DNA of 64,000 nt from Candidatus Omnitrophota bacterium (lineage in GTDB: Bacteria; Omnitrophota; Gorgyraeia; Zapsychrales; JANLHA01). Under the pieces are notes generated by a model. It had not been told where the DNA came from, searched no databases, and saw nothing but the letters and a program-made list of their open reading frames with translations. This document shows, piece after piece, positions 37,530 through 48,044 of the stretch. A program made the position numbers and the translations under genes. The DNA lies in NCBI GenBank assembly GCA_022711395.1, contig JAKLFA010000001.1, forward strand, positions 131,277-195,276. Reading direction: 5' to 3'. Position 1 is the stretch's first letter. Every line of letters starts with the position of its first letter.

Positions 37530-38603
37530 ATGCTACAGAAAATTTTCAAAAAACTAAAGCGCATCTTTAATTATGTCTTGGGGTTGTTTTCCAATGAAAT
37601 GGGAATTGACTTGGGGACCTGCACGACCCTGGTGTATTTGAAAGGCGAAGGGGTCGTTCTTTGTGAGCCTTCGGTGGTGGCTTTGGAGAAGGAAACGAAC
37701 CGCGTTGTCGCGGTCGGTGAAGATGCAAAAAAGATGCTCGGCCGCACTCCGGGAAGTATCGTGGCGATCCGCCCGATGAAGGATGGGGTCATTTCGGATT
37801 TTGAGGTCACGGAGGCGATGCTGCGTTATTTTATCAAGAAAGTCCACCGCAGGCATGTTCTCGCCCGGCCAGCCATGGTCATCGCGATCCCTTCGGGGAT
37901 CACGGAAGTCGAGAAGCGCGCGGTCAAGGATTCCGCTGAACGGGCCGGCGCGATCTCGGTCGAGCTCATTGAGGAACCCAAGGCGGCGGCGGTCGGGGTC
38001 GGCCTTCCGGTCGAAGAAGCCGCGGGCAACATGATCATCGATATCGGCGGCGGAACGACCGAGTATGCCGTTATTTCACTGGGTGGTCTGGTTTATGCCA
38101 AGTCCATACGGGTGGCCGGCGATGAAATGGACGCCTCCATCATTGATTACCTTCAAAAAACATACAACCTGATGATCGGGGAACGCACGGCCGAAGAGAT
38201 CAAGATCCGGATCGGTTCCGCGTATCCTTTGGAAGAAGAACTGACAATGGATGTCCGTGGGCGCGACCTGATCGCGGGCCTGCCGAAAACGATCATGGTC
38301 ACTTCTGAAGAGATCCGCGAGGCCCTGCAGGAACCTGTGCAGGCTATTGTGGATGCCTCAAAAGCGACCCTTGAAAATACTCCGCCGGAATTGGCGTCTG
38401 ATCTGATCGATCGGGGCATCGTGATGGCCGGTGGCGGTTCTCTGTTGAGAGGTTTGGACCGCCGGATCGCTGAAGAGACAGGACTGCCGGTTCATATTGC
38501 CGATGATCCGCTGACAGCGGTCGTTCTAGGGACAGGCCAGACGCTGAATATGCCTTTACGGTTACGTCGGCGTCTTATTGTTCCGACCAAACTGGACTTC
38601 TAA
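37530..38603 (+). CDS. mreB: rod shape-determining protein MreB
   Basis: [37 protein letters not shown] actin-fold motifs. Confidence 0.95.
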   Translation: MLQKIFKKLKRIFNYVLGLFSNEMGIDLGTCTTLVYLKGEGVVLCEPSVVALEKETNRVVAVGEDAKKMLGRTPGSIVAIRPMKDGVISDFEVTEAMLRYFIKKVHRRHVLARPAMVIAIPSGITEVEKRAVKDSAERAGAISVELIEEPKAAAVGVGLPVEEAAGNMIIDIGGGTTEYAVISLGGLVYAKSIRVAGDEMDASIIDYLQKTYNLMIGERTAEEIKIRIGSAYPLEEELTMDVRGRDLIAGLPKTIMVTSEEIREALQEPVQAIVDASKATLENTPPELASDLIDRGIVMAGGGSLLRGLDRRIAEETGLPVHIADDPLTAVVLGTGQTLNMPLRLRRRLIVPTKLDF

Positions 38604-38626
38604 TCAAATCTTAAGGTTTATCGCGG

Positions 38627-39412
38627 GTGTCTAGAAAACGCGCAAAGTTCATAATTTATGCCCTTATTCTTGCGGGAGCCTTCCTGCTTCTTTTCACTCC
38701 GGCATCCACGGTCACGCCGTTTAAATTCTCCGTGATTCAGGCCGTGGCTTTTCCCATCCGGGTGATCATCTTTCCTTTCAAGGAATTGAAAAAGATCGTT
38801 CTTTACCGCAAAACCTATAATGAATACCGCAGTCTGAAATACGAGGTTGAGATCTTAAGAGATCGTCTCAACGGTGCGGATGAGATCGTTAAGGAAAACA
38901 ACCGTTTGGCGAAGCTGCTGGATTTTAAACGCAAGCTGATCTTTTCCTCGGTGTCGGCTAACGTGGTCGGCCGGGACCCCACCAATTGGAATTCGTCGGT
39001 CGTGATCGACAGAGGACTGGAAGACGGCGTGGATATCGGGATGCCTGTCGTGAGCGCCTTAGGTGTGGTGGGGAAGGTCGCGGAAGTCGCGGAAAACAAG
39101 GCCAAGGTCGTTCTGCTGACAGATCCCAGCTTCGCGGTCGCGGGGCTGATCAAACGTTCCAGGGAAGTCGGTCTGGTCTCCGGGACCCTGCAATCCAAGT
39201 GCCGCATGAGGTATCTTTCCGTGGATTCGGATGTTCAGGTTGGTGACGAGGTGATGACCTCCAAGCTGAGTTCCGCCTTTCCGGAAGGGCTGATGATCGG
39301 AAAGGTCATGGAGGTGTTCGTGGACAGCAACAGCCTTTCGGTCCTGTGCCTGATCGAGCCGGCGGTATCGTTGTCTCAGCTGGAAGAAGTCCTGGTCATT
39401 CAAAAGCGTTAA
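38627..39412 (+). CDS. mreC: rod shape-determining protein MreC
   Basis: TM + coiled coil + VVGRDPTNWNSSVVIDRGLEDGVDIGMPVV beta domains. Position after mreB. Confidence 0.85.
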   Translation: MSRKRAKFIIYALILAGAFLLLFTPASTVTPFKFSVIQAVAFPIRVIIFPFKELKKIVLYRKTYNEYRSLKYEVEILRDRLNGADEIVKENNRLAKLLDFKRKLIFSSVSANVVGRDPTNWNSSVVIDRGLEDGVDIGMPVVSALGVVGKVAEVAENKAKVVLLTDPSFAVAGLIKRSREVGLVSGTLQSKCRMRYLSVDSDVQVGDEVMTSKLSSAFPEGLMIGKVMEVFVDSNSLSVLCLIEPAVSLSQLEEVLVIQKR

Positions 39413-39430
39413 AATCAAAGGTGTGGAGCT

Positions 39431-39916
39431 ATGCGCAATTTTGCCATGATCGGGTTTATGATGGCGGTCTGTTTTACGGGCGAATATGTCTGCGCGGAAC
39501 TGTTCGGAACGTGGTTTTGCCCAAACCTCCTGATGATCGCGGTCGTTTTTTTTAACCTGTTCAGGGGGATACGCCAGAGCCTTGTCGCCGCGTTTTTCGC
39601 CGGGCTGATGAAGGATTCCTTCAGCCCCCAGATGTTCGGGTTCCATATTTTTGTTTTTCTGGTCTGCGCGTATTTGACCACGTTCGTGAAGCTTTACGTT
39701 TATCATTCGGGTTCGAAAGAGTCCCGCGTGCTTTTGGTCTGCGTGATGACCTTTTTGTGCGTGATGATCCAGTATGTGGTGAGGGTGATGTTCGTGGATG
39801 TGGACTTTGGGCAGGTGATCCGTTTTATTCTGCTTCCCGAATTTATTTCAACGGCAGTCGTCTCAGGATACGTTCTTGAGCAATTACGAAAATGCGCCTT
39901 AAAATTGTTCGCATAA
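39431..39916 (+). CDS. mreD: rod shape-determining protein MreD
   Basis: Small polytopic membrane protein directly after mreC. Confidence 0.6.
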   Translation: MRNFAMIGFMMAVCFTGEYVCAELFGTWFCPNLLMIAVVFFNLFRGIRQSLVAAFFAGLMKDSFSPQMFGFHIFVFLVCAYLTTFVKLYVYHSGSKESRVLLVCVMTFLCVMIQYVVRVMFVDVDFGQVIRFILLPEFISTAVVSGYVLEQLRKCALKLFA

Positions 39917-41604
39917 TCACGGTTTTTTTGTTCATAGTCCTGGCCCTGGACCTGATTTATATCCAGGCCTTTCAAGGACGGAAATATTTCGGTTTGAGCG
40001 TGAATAACCGCATCCGCGTGATCCCCTTGGAAGGCCAGCGGGGGAGGATCTTTGACCGCAACGGTGAGGTGCTGGTCGAGAACCGGCTGTCCTTTAATGT
40101 GACCGTGATCCCGCAGGATGTCCGCAATCAGGAAGCCTTGTTCTCGTTCTTGAGCCAGGTCCTGAATGTTGATCAGAAACGCCTTGTGGCGCGTTTTCAG
40201 CAAAAACGGCATACGCCGTTCGCTCCAGTCGCCGTGGTTGAGGATATCGATCAGCGCACGGCGATGATCCTGGAAGAGAATAAATTCCGGTTCCCCGGCC
40301 TTTACATCCAGGAAAATTTCAGGCGTTGGTATCCGCAGGGTGAGGTCGGGGCCCATGTCCTCGGTTATGTCGGCAAGATCGACAGCGCGAAAGTCGAGAA
40401 ACTTAAGGATTATGGGTATTCCCAGCAGAGCATTGTCGGTTATTCCGGGATCGAGGAATATTATGACCAGTACTTAAAGGGAGTCGAAGGCGGCGTGCAG
40501 ATCGAGGTCAACAGCCGCGGGCAGCAGGTGCGCCTTTTGGGGATCCGAGAACCGGAACGCGGGGAAGACCTTCAGCTGACCATTGACAGCCGTATCCAGA
40601 AAGCGGCGTATGACGCGCTGGCCGGCAGCCACGGCGTGATCGTGGTGATGGACTTAGACAGCGGAGAAATCCTGGGCCTGGTCAGCTCGCCGGGCTTTGA
40701 TCCTAATATTTTTAGCGATGAAAAACGCGGCCGGGAGAAGGGGGCGCTTATTCTGGATTCAGCAGCGCCCTTGCTGAACAGGGCGATCAAAGGCCAGTAT
40801 CCTCCAGGCTCGGTCTTTAAAACGGTCATGGCCGTTGCCGGGCTGTCGACAGGAAAGATCACGACCAAAACAAGTTTTCATTGTCCGGGATTTTATCAGC
40901 TTGGGCGCAGGCGTTTTCGATGCACGCATGTGCATTATGACCAGAACATCGTGCAGGGGCTGGGGCACTCCTGTAATGTCTTTTTTTATAATACGGGCGT
41001 TCTTCTGGGGCCGGACAACATACACCGTTACGCCCAGATGTTCGGGTTTGGCGAAAAAACCCAGATCGATCTTCCGGCGGAGGAGGTCGGCCAGGTGCCG
41101 AGCCGGGCCCTGCGGAAAAAGAACAACAGCGATTGGTATAAAGGCGACACCTTGAATTTCTCCATCGGGCAAGGTGATATTTTAGTGACCCCGATCCAGG
41201 TGGTCCGCCTGATGGCGACATTGGCCCGTTCCGGGCAGGTTCCGCAACCGCATCTTTTGAAAACGATCGGGGACCAGCCGTTCGTGAAATTGTCCGCCGT
41301 CAAGGCCTTGAAAGTGGACGCGGCGGTCTTTGATATTGTCCATAAAGGTATGAGGATGGCGATCGCTGATGAACACGGCACGGCCCGTCTGCTGGATATG
41401 AAGGGTTTTGAAATTTACGGGAAGACCGGTACCGCCCAGACCGTGCCGACCAAAGACACGCACGCCTGGTTCGCCGGCTACAATTTGTCCGGATCGAAGA
41501 GGGTCGCGTTTTGCGTGTTTTTAGAATACGGCGGTTCGAGCTATTACGCGGTGCGCGTCGCGCAAACGTTCTTGAAAACATTGAGGGAGCAGAATATCCT
41601 GTGA
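39892..41604 (+). CDS. mrdA: penicillin-binding protein 2 (elongasome transpeptidase)
   Basis: N-terminal TM. PQGEVGAHVLGYVG. SxxK (GSVFK). KTGTAQ. Confidence 0.9.
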   Translation: MRLKIVRIITVFLFIVLALDLIYIQAFQGRKYFGLSVNNRIRVIPLEGQRGRIFDRNGEVLVENRLSFNVTVIPQDVRNQEALFSFLSQVLNVDQKRLVARFQQKRHTPFAPVAVVEDIDQRTAMILEENKFRFPGLYIQENFRRWYPQGEVGAHVLGYVGKIDSAKVEKLKDYGYSQQSIVGYSGIEEYYDQYLKGVEGGVQIEVNSRGQQVRLLGIREPERGEDLQLTIDSRIQKAAYDALAGSHGVIVVMDLDSGEILGLVSSPGFDPNIFSDEKRGREKGALILDSAAPLLNRAIKGQYPPGSVFKTVMAVAGLSTGKITTKTSFHCPGFYQLGRRRFRCTHVHYDQNIVQGLGHSCNVFFYNTGVLLGPDNIHRYAQMFGFGEKTQIDLPAEEVGQVPSRALRKKNNSDWYKGDTLNFSIGQGDILVTPIQVVRLMATLARSGQVPQPHLLKTIGDQPFVKLSAVKALKVDAAVFDIVHKGMRMAIADEHGTARLLDMKGFEIYGKTGTAQTVPTKDTHAWFAGYNLSGSKRVAFCVFLEYGGSSYYAVRVAQTFLKTLREQNIL

Positions 41605-41611
41605 TCGGATT

Positions 41612-42718
41612 ATGAGACGGAATATCGATATTTTGATCTGGGTTTTCACGCTTTTGATCATGGGGGCGGGATTGATCGCGCTTTACAGCGCTTCGTATCA
41701 TAACGTGCGCGTTTCCAACGAGGTCTTTTATGACCAGCAGATGTTCGCGGTGGTGGGGATCTTGATCATTTATCTTTTAAGCCGGGTTGATTACCGGTTC
41801 TTTTTTGACGCGGCCTATATTTTTTATGGATTGAACGTCATCCTTTTGGTCCTGGTCCTGGTGGCGGGACGGCACGCTTTGGGGGCTACGCGATGGTTCA
41901 CCTTCGCGGGGATCAGTTTTCAACCTTCTGAACCGGCGAAGCTGGCGTTGATCCTGGTCCTGGCGCGGTATTTCGCGGGGAGGAGGCCGAGCGTTTCTCT
42001 TAACGACAAGGATTTCCACGGCGGGCTCTGGCAGGATTTGATGGTCCCGCTTTTGATCACAGGTGTTCCGATGCTTTTGATCTTTAAACAGCCGGATCTG
42101 GGGACGTCGCTATTGTTTTTCGGCATCTGTTTCATCATGCTCTTTACGAGCGGCCTGGAATATAAATATCTGCTGGGACTTTCAGCCTGCTGTTTGACGG
42201 CGCTTCCGTTCGCCTGGCATATCCTTAAGGATTATCAGAAGGACCGGCTCCTTGTTTTTTTAAACCCGAATATCGATCCGATGGGGGCCGGATACACGAT
42301 CATTCAATCCAAGATCGCGATCGGTTCAGGCCGTTTTTTTGGAAAAGGCTGGCTGGGGGGAACGCAGAACCAATTGAACTTTTTGCCTGAGCGCCATACG
42401 GATTTTATATTTTCCGTGATCGGGGAGGAGTGGGGCCTTCTGGGGACGCTGGCGGTGGTGAGTTTTTATTTTGTTTTGATCTATTGCGGACTGAAGATCG
42501 CCGAGCAGGTGAAGGACAAGTTCGGGATGCAGCTGGCCATAGGGATCGTGGGGATCCTGACTTTGCAGGCCACCATCAATATCGGCATGGTCCTGGGATT
42601 GTGTCCGGTCGTGGGTTTGACCCTGCCCTTGATGAGCTACGGCCGTTCGTCATTCATGATCTTTGTGATCATGATCGGGCTTTTGTTGAGTTTGAGCAAA
42701 CGGAGGACGATCTTCTGA
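41612..42718 (+). CDS. rodA: peptidoglycan glycosyltransferase RodA (SEDS family)
   Basis: FQPSEPAKLALILVLA, IAIGSGRFFGKGWLGGTQ..LPERHTDFIFS. Confidence 0.9.
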   Translation: MRRNIDILIWVFTLLIMGAGLIALYSASYHNVRVSNEVFYDQQMFAVVGILIIYLLSRVDYRFFFDAAYIFYGLNVILLVLVLVAGRHALGATRWFTFAGISFQPSEPAKLALILVLARYFAGRRPSVSLNDKDFHGGLWQDLMVPLLITGVPMLLIFKQPDLGTSLLFFGICFIMLFTSGLEYKYLLGLSACCLTALPFAWHILKDYQKDRLLVFLNPNIDPMGAGYTIIQSKIAIGSGRFFGKGWLGGTQNQLNFLPERHTDFIFSVIGEEWGLLGTLAVVSFYFVLIYCGLKIAEQVKDKFGMQLAIGIVGILTLQATINIGMVLGLCPVVGLTLPLMSYGRSSFMIFVIMIGLLLSLSKRRTIF

Positions 42719-42817
42719 TCAAATTATTGATTTTCTTATAAATATTAATACTATACGTTGTGAGGGAAGCGGTTCTGTAGTAGAATGCAATAAAGTTTTT
42801 GAATGTGAGAACGTATA

Positions 42818-43267
42818 ATGCGCAGTTTAAAAAGAACATCGAATAAACAATTAGGCGAATTACTGGTCGAGCGCGGCGTCATTAACCAGGAACAGGTCGC
42901 TATGGCGATGGCCCATCAGAAGGATCACGGGGGTCTGTTCGGCGCGATTCTGGTGGAGCTGAAGTTCGCCACGGAAGAAGATATCGCGCAGGCCTTGACC
43001 TGCCAGTACGGGTTTCCTTATTTGCCGTTGTCCAATTATGAGATCGATCAGGAGGTGCTGGACTCTGTCCCGCAGGATGTCTGTCAGCGTTTTTGTTTGA
43101 TACCGATTGATAAGATCGGAAAAAGCCTGACGTTGGCCATGTCAGACCCTTTGAATATCGCGGCCATTGAAGACGTGGAACTTTTGACAGGATGCGCGGT
43201 GCAAACATTCGTTTCAACGGCAGCGGACATAAAAGAAGCCCTACAAAAATATTATAAAAAGCCATAA
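42818..43267 (+). CDS. stand-alone T2SSE_N/MshEN-like domain protein (putative c-di-GMP-binding)
   Basis: QLGELLVERGVINQEQVAMAMAHQ fits the MshEN motif RLGxx(LVI)(LVI)xxG(LVI)(LVI)xxxxLxxxLxxQ. Followed by a GspE_N-like fold (LSNYEIDQEVLDSVPQDVCQRFCLIP). Confidence 0.7.
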   Translation: MRSLKRTSNKQLGELLVERGVINQEQVAMAMAHQKDHGGLFGAILVELKFATEEDIAQALTCQYGFPYLPLSNYEIDQEVLDSVPQDVCQRFCLIPIDKIGKSLTLAMSDPLNIAAIEDVELLTGCAVQTFVSTAADIKEALQKYYKKP

Positions 43268-43270
43268 CGT

Positions 43271-45004
43271 ATGTTCTCCCTCAAAGAACGCCTACAACAG
43301 ATCCTGATCCGGGATCAGATCATCCGAGAAGATGACCTGCAAAAAGCGTTAGAAGAACAGAAAAAGAACGGCGGCGAGCTCAGTAAGATCCTGATCAAGA
43401 TGAAATTGGTCACGGAGGATGACCTGACCCATGCTTTAAGCGAAGGCCTGGGAATGCCGCCGATCGATGTTTCCCGCCTTAAGATCGACCCCGAGGTCGT
43501 TAAAACCATTCCTCACGCGGTCGCCCAGAAGAACCAAATCATCCCGGTTTCCAAGATGGGTGACAATCTCACGCTCGCCATGGCCGACCCGTTGAATATT
43601 TTTGTCATCGACAGTGTCAAAGACCTGACGGGCTTGAACATCATACCGATCATTGGCCGCTCGGCGCAGATCCAGCAGACGATCGAACGTTATTATTCCA
43701 CGGATTCTTCCGAGACCCTGAAAGATATTATCAAGGACATCAAGGATTCTTCTGAAGATTTTGAGCTGGTCCGTGAGGCGGGCCAGATGGCGGATGTGAC
43801 GGTCCAGGACATTATTCAGGACGCTCCGATGATCAAGCTGACCGACACGATCATTCAACAGTCCGTTGTCGCCAAGGCCAGCGACGTTTTTATAGAACCT
43901 ATGGAACAGACGCTGCGCATCCGTTACCGCGTTGATGGGGTGATCCGGGAGGTCGACCAGATGACCAAGGCGCTGCACCAGCCGATCATCTCGCGGATCA
44001 AGGTCATTTCAAACCTGGATATTTCCGAACACCGTTTGCCGCAGGACGGGCGTTTTAAGACGATCGTCAACGGCCGGGAGGTGGATTTTCGCGTCAGCGT
44101 TTTGCCGACGGCCTTCGGAGAGAAGATCGTCATGCGCGTTCTGGATAAATCGTCCGGCACTCTGGACCTGGAAAAGCTGGGATTTGAGGAGAGGGACCTC
44201 AAGCGCCTGCGTGAGGCCTCGCTTCATCCGCATGGCATGATCCTGGCCTGCGGCCCCACGGGAAGCGGCAAGACGACGACACTGTATTCCATTTTGAAAT
44301 TCGTTGATTCCCCGGAAAAAAATATCGTCACGGTCGAGGACCCTGTGGAATATCAGGTTCGCGGGATCAATCAGGTCAATGTGAAGCCGTCCGTGGGGTT
44401 AACATTTTCCTCGGCTTTGCGTTCGATCCTGCGGCAGGACCCGGATATTATTTTGATCGGGGAGATCCGTGACACCGAAACGCTGGACATCGCGGTCAAG
44501 GCGGCCCTTACGGGTCATTTGGTCTTAAGTTCCCTGCATACAACGACCGCGGCCGGCTCCGTCATCCGTATGATGAACATGGGGGTGGAACCGTTCCTGC
44601 TGTGTTCTTCGGTGCTGGCGATCTCCGGGCAGCGTTTGGTCCGGCGCATTTGTCCACATTGTAAGGAGGCCTATGAGCTGGCCCCTGAGATGGCCGACAG
44701 GGTCGGGTTGGCACGCCTGAGCCCTTCGGGAAAATTCAGGCTTTACCGCGGCAAGGGTTGTGCCGAATGCATGAACACCGGTTATTTCGGGCGGGTGGTC
44801 ATCTCCGAGATCCTGGTCTTAACCCCCAAGGTCCGTGAATTCATTTTAAAGCGCGCGGGCGAACTGAAGATCAAGGGCGTCGGCCGTGAAGAAGGCATGG
44901 TCACGATGAGGGAAGACGGCCTTCAAAAAGCGATGGCCGGATTCACGTCGCTGGAAGAGGTCTTGCGGGTCACCGCGCCTGATGAAGAGCTTTTGGAACA
45001 GTGA
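43271..45004 (+). CDS. pilB: type IV pilus assembly ATPase PilB (GspE family)
   Basis: N-terminal GspE_N domains. Walker A ACGPTGSGKTTTLYS. GEIRD. C-terminal tetracysteine CPHCK...CAEC. Confidence 0.9.
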   Translation: MFSLKERLQQILIRDQIIREDDLQKALEEQKKNGGELSKILIKMKLVTEDDLTHALSEGLGMPPIDVSRLKIDPEVVKTIPHAVAQKNQIIPVSKMGDNLTLAMADPLNIFVIDSVKDLTGLNIIPIIGRSAQIQQTIERYYSTDSSETLKDIIKDIKDSSEDFELVREAGQMADVTVQDIIQDAPMIKLTDTIIQQSVVAKASDVFIEPMEQTLRIRYRVDGVIREVDQMTKALHQPIISRIKVISNLDISEHRLPQDGRFKTIVNGREVDFRVSVLPTAFGEKIVMRVLDKSSGTLDLEKLGFEERDLKRLREASLHPHGMILACGPTGSGKTTTLYSILKFVDSPEKNIVTVEDPVEYQVRGINQVNVKPSVGLTFSSALRSILRQDPDIILIGEIRDTETLDIAVKAALTGHLVLSSLHTTTAAGSVIRMMNMGVEPFLLCSSVLAISGQRLVRRICPHCKEAYELAPEMADRVGLARLSPSGKFRLYRGKGCAECMNTGYFGRVVISEILVLTPKVREFILKRAGELKIKGVGREEGMVTMREDGLQKAMAGFTSLEEVLRVTAPDEELLEQ

Positions 45005-45030
45005 ATAATAAGTCAAAATGAGTTTTTGAA

Positions 45031-46740
45031 ATGGCCGATACGTTAAAGCAAAAAATTATTAAAACGCTGATTGAATCTTTGAACATCCCTCAGAAAGAGG
45101 TGGATGACGCTATTCGTTTGCATGAGGAGAAGGGGATCGCCCTGGACCGCGCTTTGATCGAGAAGGGGCTGATCAAAGAGGAAGATATGCTGGCATCTTT
45201 GGTCAAGGAGCTGAGGATCCCGTTCATTAATTTAAAGAAATACAAGATCCATCCGGCGCTCAAAGACCTGATCTCGGAGAAGGCCGCCCGTCAATACCGG
45301 ATCGTCCCCATTTCGCGTTTAAAGAACATGATCACGGTGGCTATTTCGGACCCGTTCAATATTTTCGTGATCGATGATTTGAAGAACATTACCGGCCATG
45401 AGATCGATGTGGTCATGAGCACGGAATCCGATATTCTGGAGGCCATTGAAGAGTATTACGGATCCGACATGGCCGGCAGCGTTAAGGACGCGGCCAAAGA
45501 GATCGACCTGGGGGATTTTGAGATCGTTGAAGAGAGAGGAATGCATGAGAACCTTTCCATCGGCGCTGATGAGGCTGACGAAGCCCCGATCATCCGCATG
45601 GTCAATTTGGTGATCAAGGAGGCCTTGAAGCAGCGGGCGTCGGACGTGCACATGGAGCCGATGGCCACGTCCATGAGGGTGAGGTTCCGTATCGACGGGA
45701 TCCTGCAGGACGTGATGGATATTCCCAAAGAGAACCAGAACGCGGTGATCGTCAGGGTCAAGATCATGTCGCGGCTGGATATCACGGCGACACGGACTCC
45801 CCAGGATGGGCGTTTTAAAATGATCGTTTCGGGCAAAGAAGTGGATTTTCGCGTGTCCTTGCTTCCCACGACGTTCGGCCAGAAGGTTGTTTTGCGCGTC
45901 CTTGATAAGCGCAATCTGGCGATCGGCCTGGATGGGTTGGGGTTTTCAGAACGGGCGCAAGCGCTTTTAAAAGAGGGGATGTATAAACCGTTCGGGATGT
46001 TTTTGGTCACGGGACCGACGGGAAGCGGGAAATCGACCACGCTGTATTCCATGATCAACCAGCTTAATACCATTGACCGCAACATCATCACGGTCGAAGA
46101 CCCGGTGGAATATTTGATGGAAGGCTTAACCCAGATCGAGGTCCGGTCCGAGATCGGTCTAACGTTCGCTTCAGCGTTGCGTTCGATCCTTCGTCAGAGT
46201 CCGGACATCGTGATGGTCGGAGAGATCCGTGATTTCGAAACAGCGGACATTGCCGTGAAAGCGTCTTTGACAGGGCAGCTTGTCTTTTCGACGCTGCATA
46301 CCAACGACGCGGCCGGCGCGTTGACGCGTCTGGTCGATATGGGAGTTGAACCTTTTTTGGTCGCATCAAGCCTTGTGCTGGTCTGCGCCCAGCGCCTTTG
46401 CCGTCAGATCTGCACGCACTGCAAGGAGGAGGAAAAAATCCCCGATGAGGCCTTGAAGCGCTTGAATTACCAGATCCCGAAGACGGCGCGTTTTTATAAA
46501 GGCAAGGGGTGTGATTATTGCCGTCATACGGGCTACCGGGGCCGGTTGGGGGTGACCGAGGTCTTGGAGATCGATGAGGCCGTCCGGGAGATGCTGATCA
46601 AAGGGGAATCGTCGGACGCTATCAAGACCTACGCGCGGCAAAAATGCGGGATGGCGACGCTCTGGGATGACATTTTGGATAAGTTCTTCAGGGGGGTGAC
46701 GACCCTGGAGGAGGTTTACCGGGTCACATCAAGCGATTAA
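45031..46740 (+). CDS. second PilB/GspE-family secretion ATPase (paralogue)
   Basis: VTGPTGSGKSTTLYS, GEIRD, CTHCK...CDYC. Own N-terminal GspE_N domain. Confidence 0.85.
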   Translation: MADTLKQKIIKTLIESLNIPQKEVDDAIRLHEEKGIALDRALIEKGLIKEEDMLASLVKELRIPFINLKKYKIHPALKDLISEKAARQYRIVPISRLKNMITVAISDPFNIFVIDDLKNITGHEIDVVMSTESDILEAIEEYYGSDMAGSVKDAAKEIDLGDFEIVEERGMHENLSIGADEADEAPIIRMVNLVIKEALKQRASDVHMEPMATSMRVRFRIDGILQDVMDIPKENQNAVIVRVKIMSRLDITATRTPQDGRFKMIVSGKEVDFRVSLLPTTFGQKVVLRVLDKRNLAIGLDGLGFSERAQALLKEGMYKPFGMFLVTGPTGSGKSTTLYSMINQLNTIDRNIITVEDPVEYLMEGLTQIEVRSEIGLTFASALRSILRQSPDIVMVGEIRDFETADIAVKASLTGQLVFSTLHTNDAAGALTRLVDMGVEPFLVASSLVLVCAQRLCRQICTHCKEEEKIPDEALKRLNYQIPKTARFYKGKGCDYCRHTGYRGRLGVTEVLEIDEAVREMLIKGESSDAIKTYARQKCGMATLWDDILDKFFRGVTTLEEVYRVTSSD

Positions 46741-46829
46741 AAAATAAAGAAAAGAATTTTTTGCTATTTGAATGATGTTAAAATACAAATAACGATTTCT
46801 GAGGGGGACCTTTCGAAGAGGGACGGGTT

Positions 46830-48038
46830 ATGCCGAATTATAAATACGTTGCCAAAGATTATGATTCCCGGACGATCATCGGGAATATCGGCGCGGACAA
46901 TGAGCAGGCGGTGATCGCCGAGTTGCGCAGCCGCGATCTGATGGTCGTGTCGATCGTTGAGGTCAAGAAAGGGGCGAAGGGCTTTTCGTTCCGTCGGAAG
47001 CGGGTTAAATCCGATGACCTGGTCATTTTCTCACGCCAGTTGGCGACCATGGTCGATGCCGGGATCCCGATCCTGCAGGCCTTGGAGGCTCTGCAGGAAC
47101 AGGCGAGCCAGGAATATTTCAAGAGCGTCATCAGCACGATGCGGGAGGATATTCAGCTTGGAAGCAGCCTGTCCACCGCGTTTTCCAAACATCCCAAGGT
47201 CTTTGATCCTTTGTTCGTGAACATGATCAAGGTCGGCGAAACGGGAGGGGTTTTGAGCACGATCCTGGACCGGATCGCGGGATATTTGGAAAAAAGCGCG
47301 AAATTGAAGCGCAAGGTCATCTCGGCGTTGACATACCCGGCCGTTATCGTCGTGATGGCGATCATCATCACGACCCTGCTTCTTGTCAAAATGGTCCCGA
47401 CCTTCGCGGAAATTTACAGTTCTTTTGATCAAGAACTGCCGGCCATGACGCAAGTGCTGATCGATATCAGTAATTTTCTAAAGGCTTACATCCTTTTTAT
47501 TTTGGGCGCGTTGATCCTGGCCGGTTTTTTTCTGGTGCGGTGGTATCACACGGAACCGGGGCAGATCGCAGTTGACACCATTATTTTAAAGATCCCGATC
47601 TTCGGCCCGATCCTGCAGAAGGTCGCCATCAGCCGCTTCAGCCGGACCCTGGCGATCCTCCTGCAAACCGGGGTCCCTATTTTGGAATCTTTGGATATCG
47701 TCGGAAAAACGAGCGGGAACAAGGTGATCGAAAAAGTGGTGGAGACGGTCAAAAGCAACGTCCGGGAGGGGGAAAGCATCGCTCTTCCATTGACCCGGAG
47801 CGGGGTTTTTCCGCCCATGGTGACCAGGATGATCGCCATCGGTGAGAAGTCCGGTCAGCTCGAAAAGATGCTCAGCAAATTAGCCGAGTTCTACGAAGAC
47901 CAGGTCGACGCCGCGGTCGCGAGCTTGACCAGCATCATTGAGCCGGTGATCATCGGCGTTCTGGGCGTGATCATCGGGTTCATCGTTATCGCGTTGTTCA
48001 TGCCGATCCTCAACATGACCAAGATGATCGGGAATTAA
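46830..48038 (+). CDS. pilC: type IV pilus platform protein PilC (GspF family)
   Basis: Duplicated GspF domains, three TM segments. Confidence 0.9.
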   Translation: MPNYKYVAKDYDSRTIIGNIGADNEQAVIAELRSRDLMVVSIVEVKKGAKGFSFRRKRVKSDDLVIFSRQLATMVDAGIPILQALEALQEQASQEYFKSVISTMREDIQLGSSLSTAFSKHPKVFDPLFVNMIKVGETGGVLSTILDRIAGYLEKSAKLKRKVISALTYPAVIVVMAIIITTLLLVKMVPTFAEIYSSFDQELPAMTQVLIDISNFLKAYILFILGALILAGFFLVRWYHTEPGQIAVDTIILKIPIFGPILQKVAISRFSRTLAILLQTGVPILESLDIVGKTSGNKVIEKVVETVKSNVREGESIALPLTRSGVFPPMVTRMIAIGEKSGQLEKMLSKLAEFYEDQVDAAVASLTSIIEPVIIGVLGVIIGFIVIALFMPILNMTKMIGN

Positions 48039-48044
48039 GGCCAT

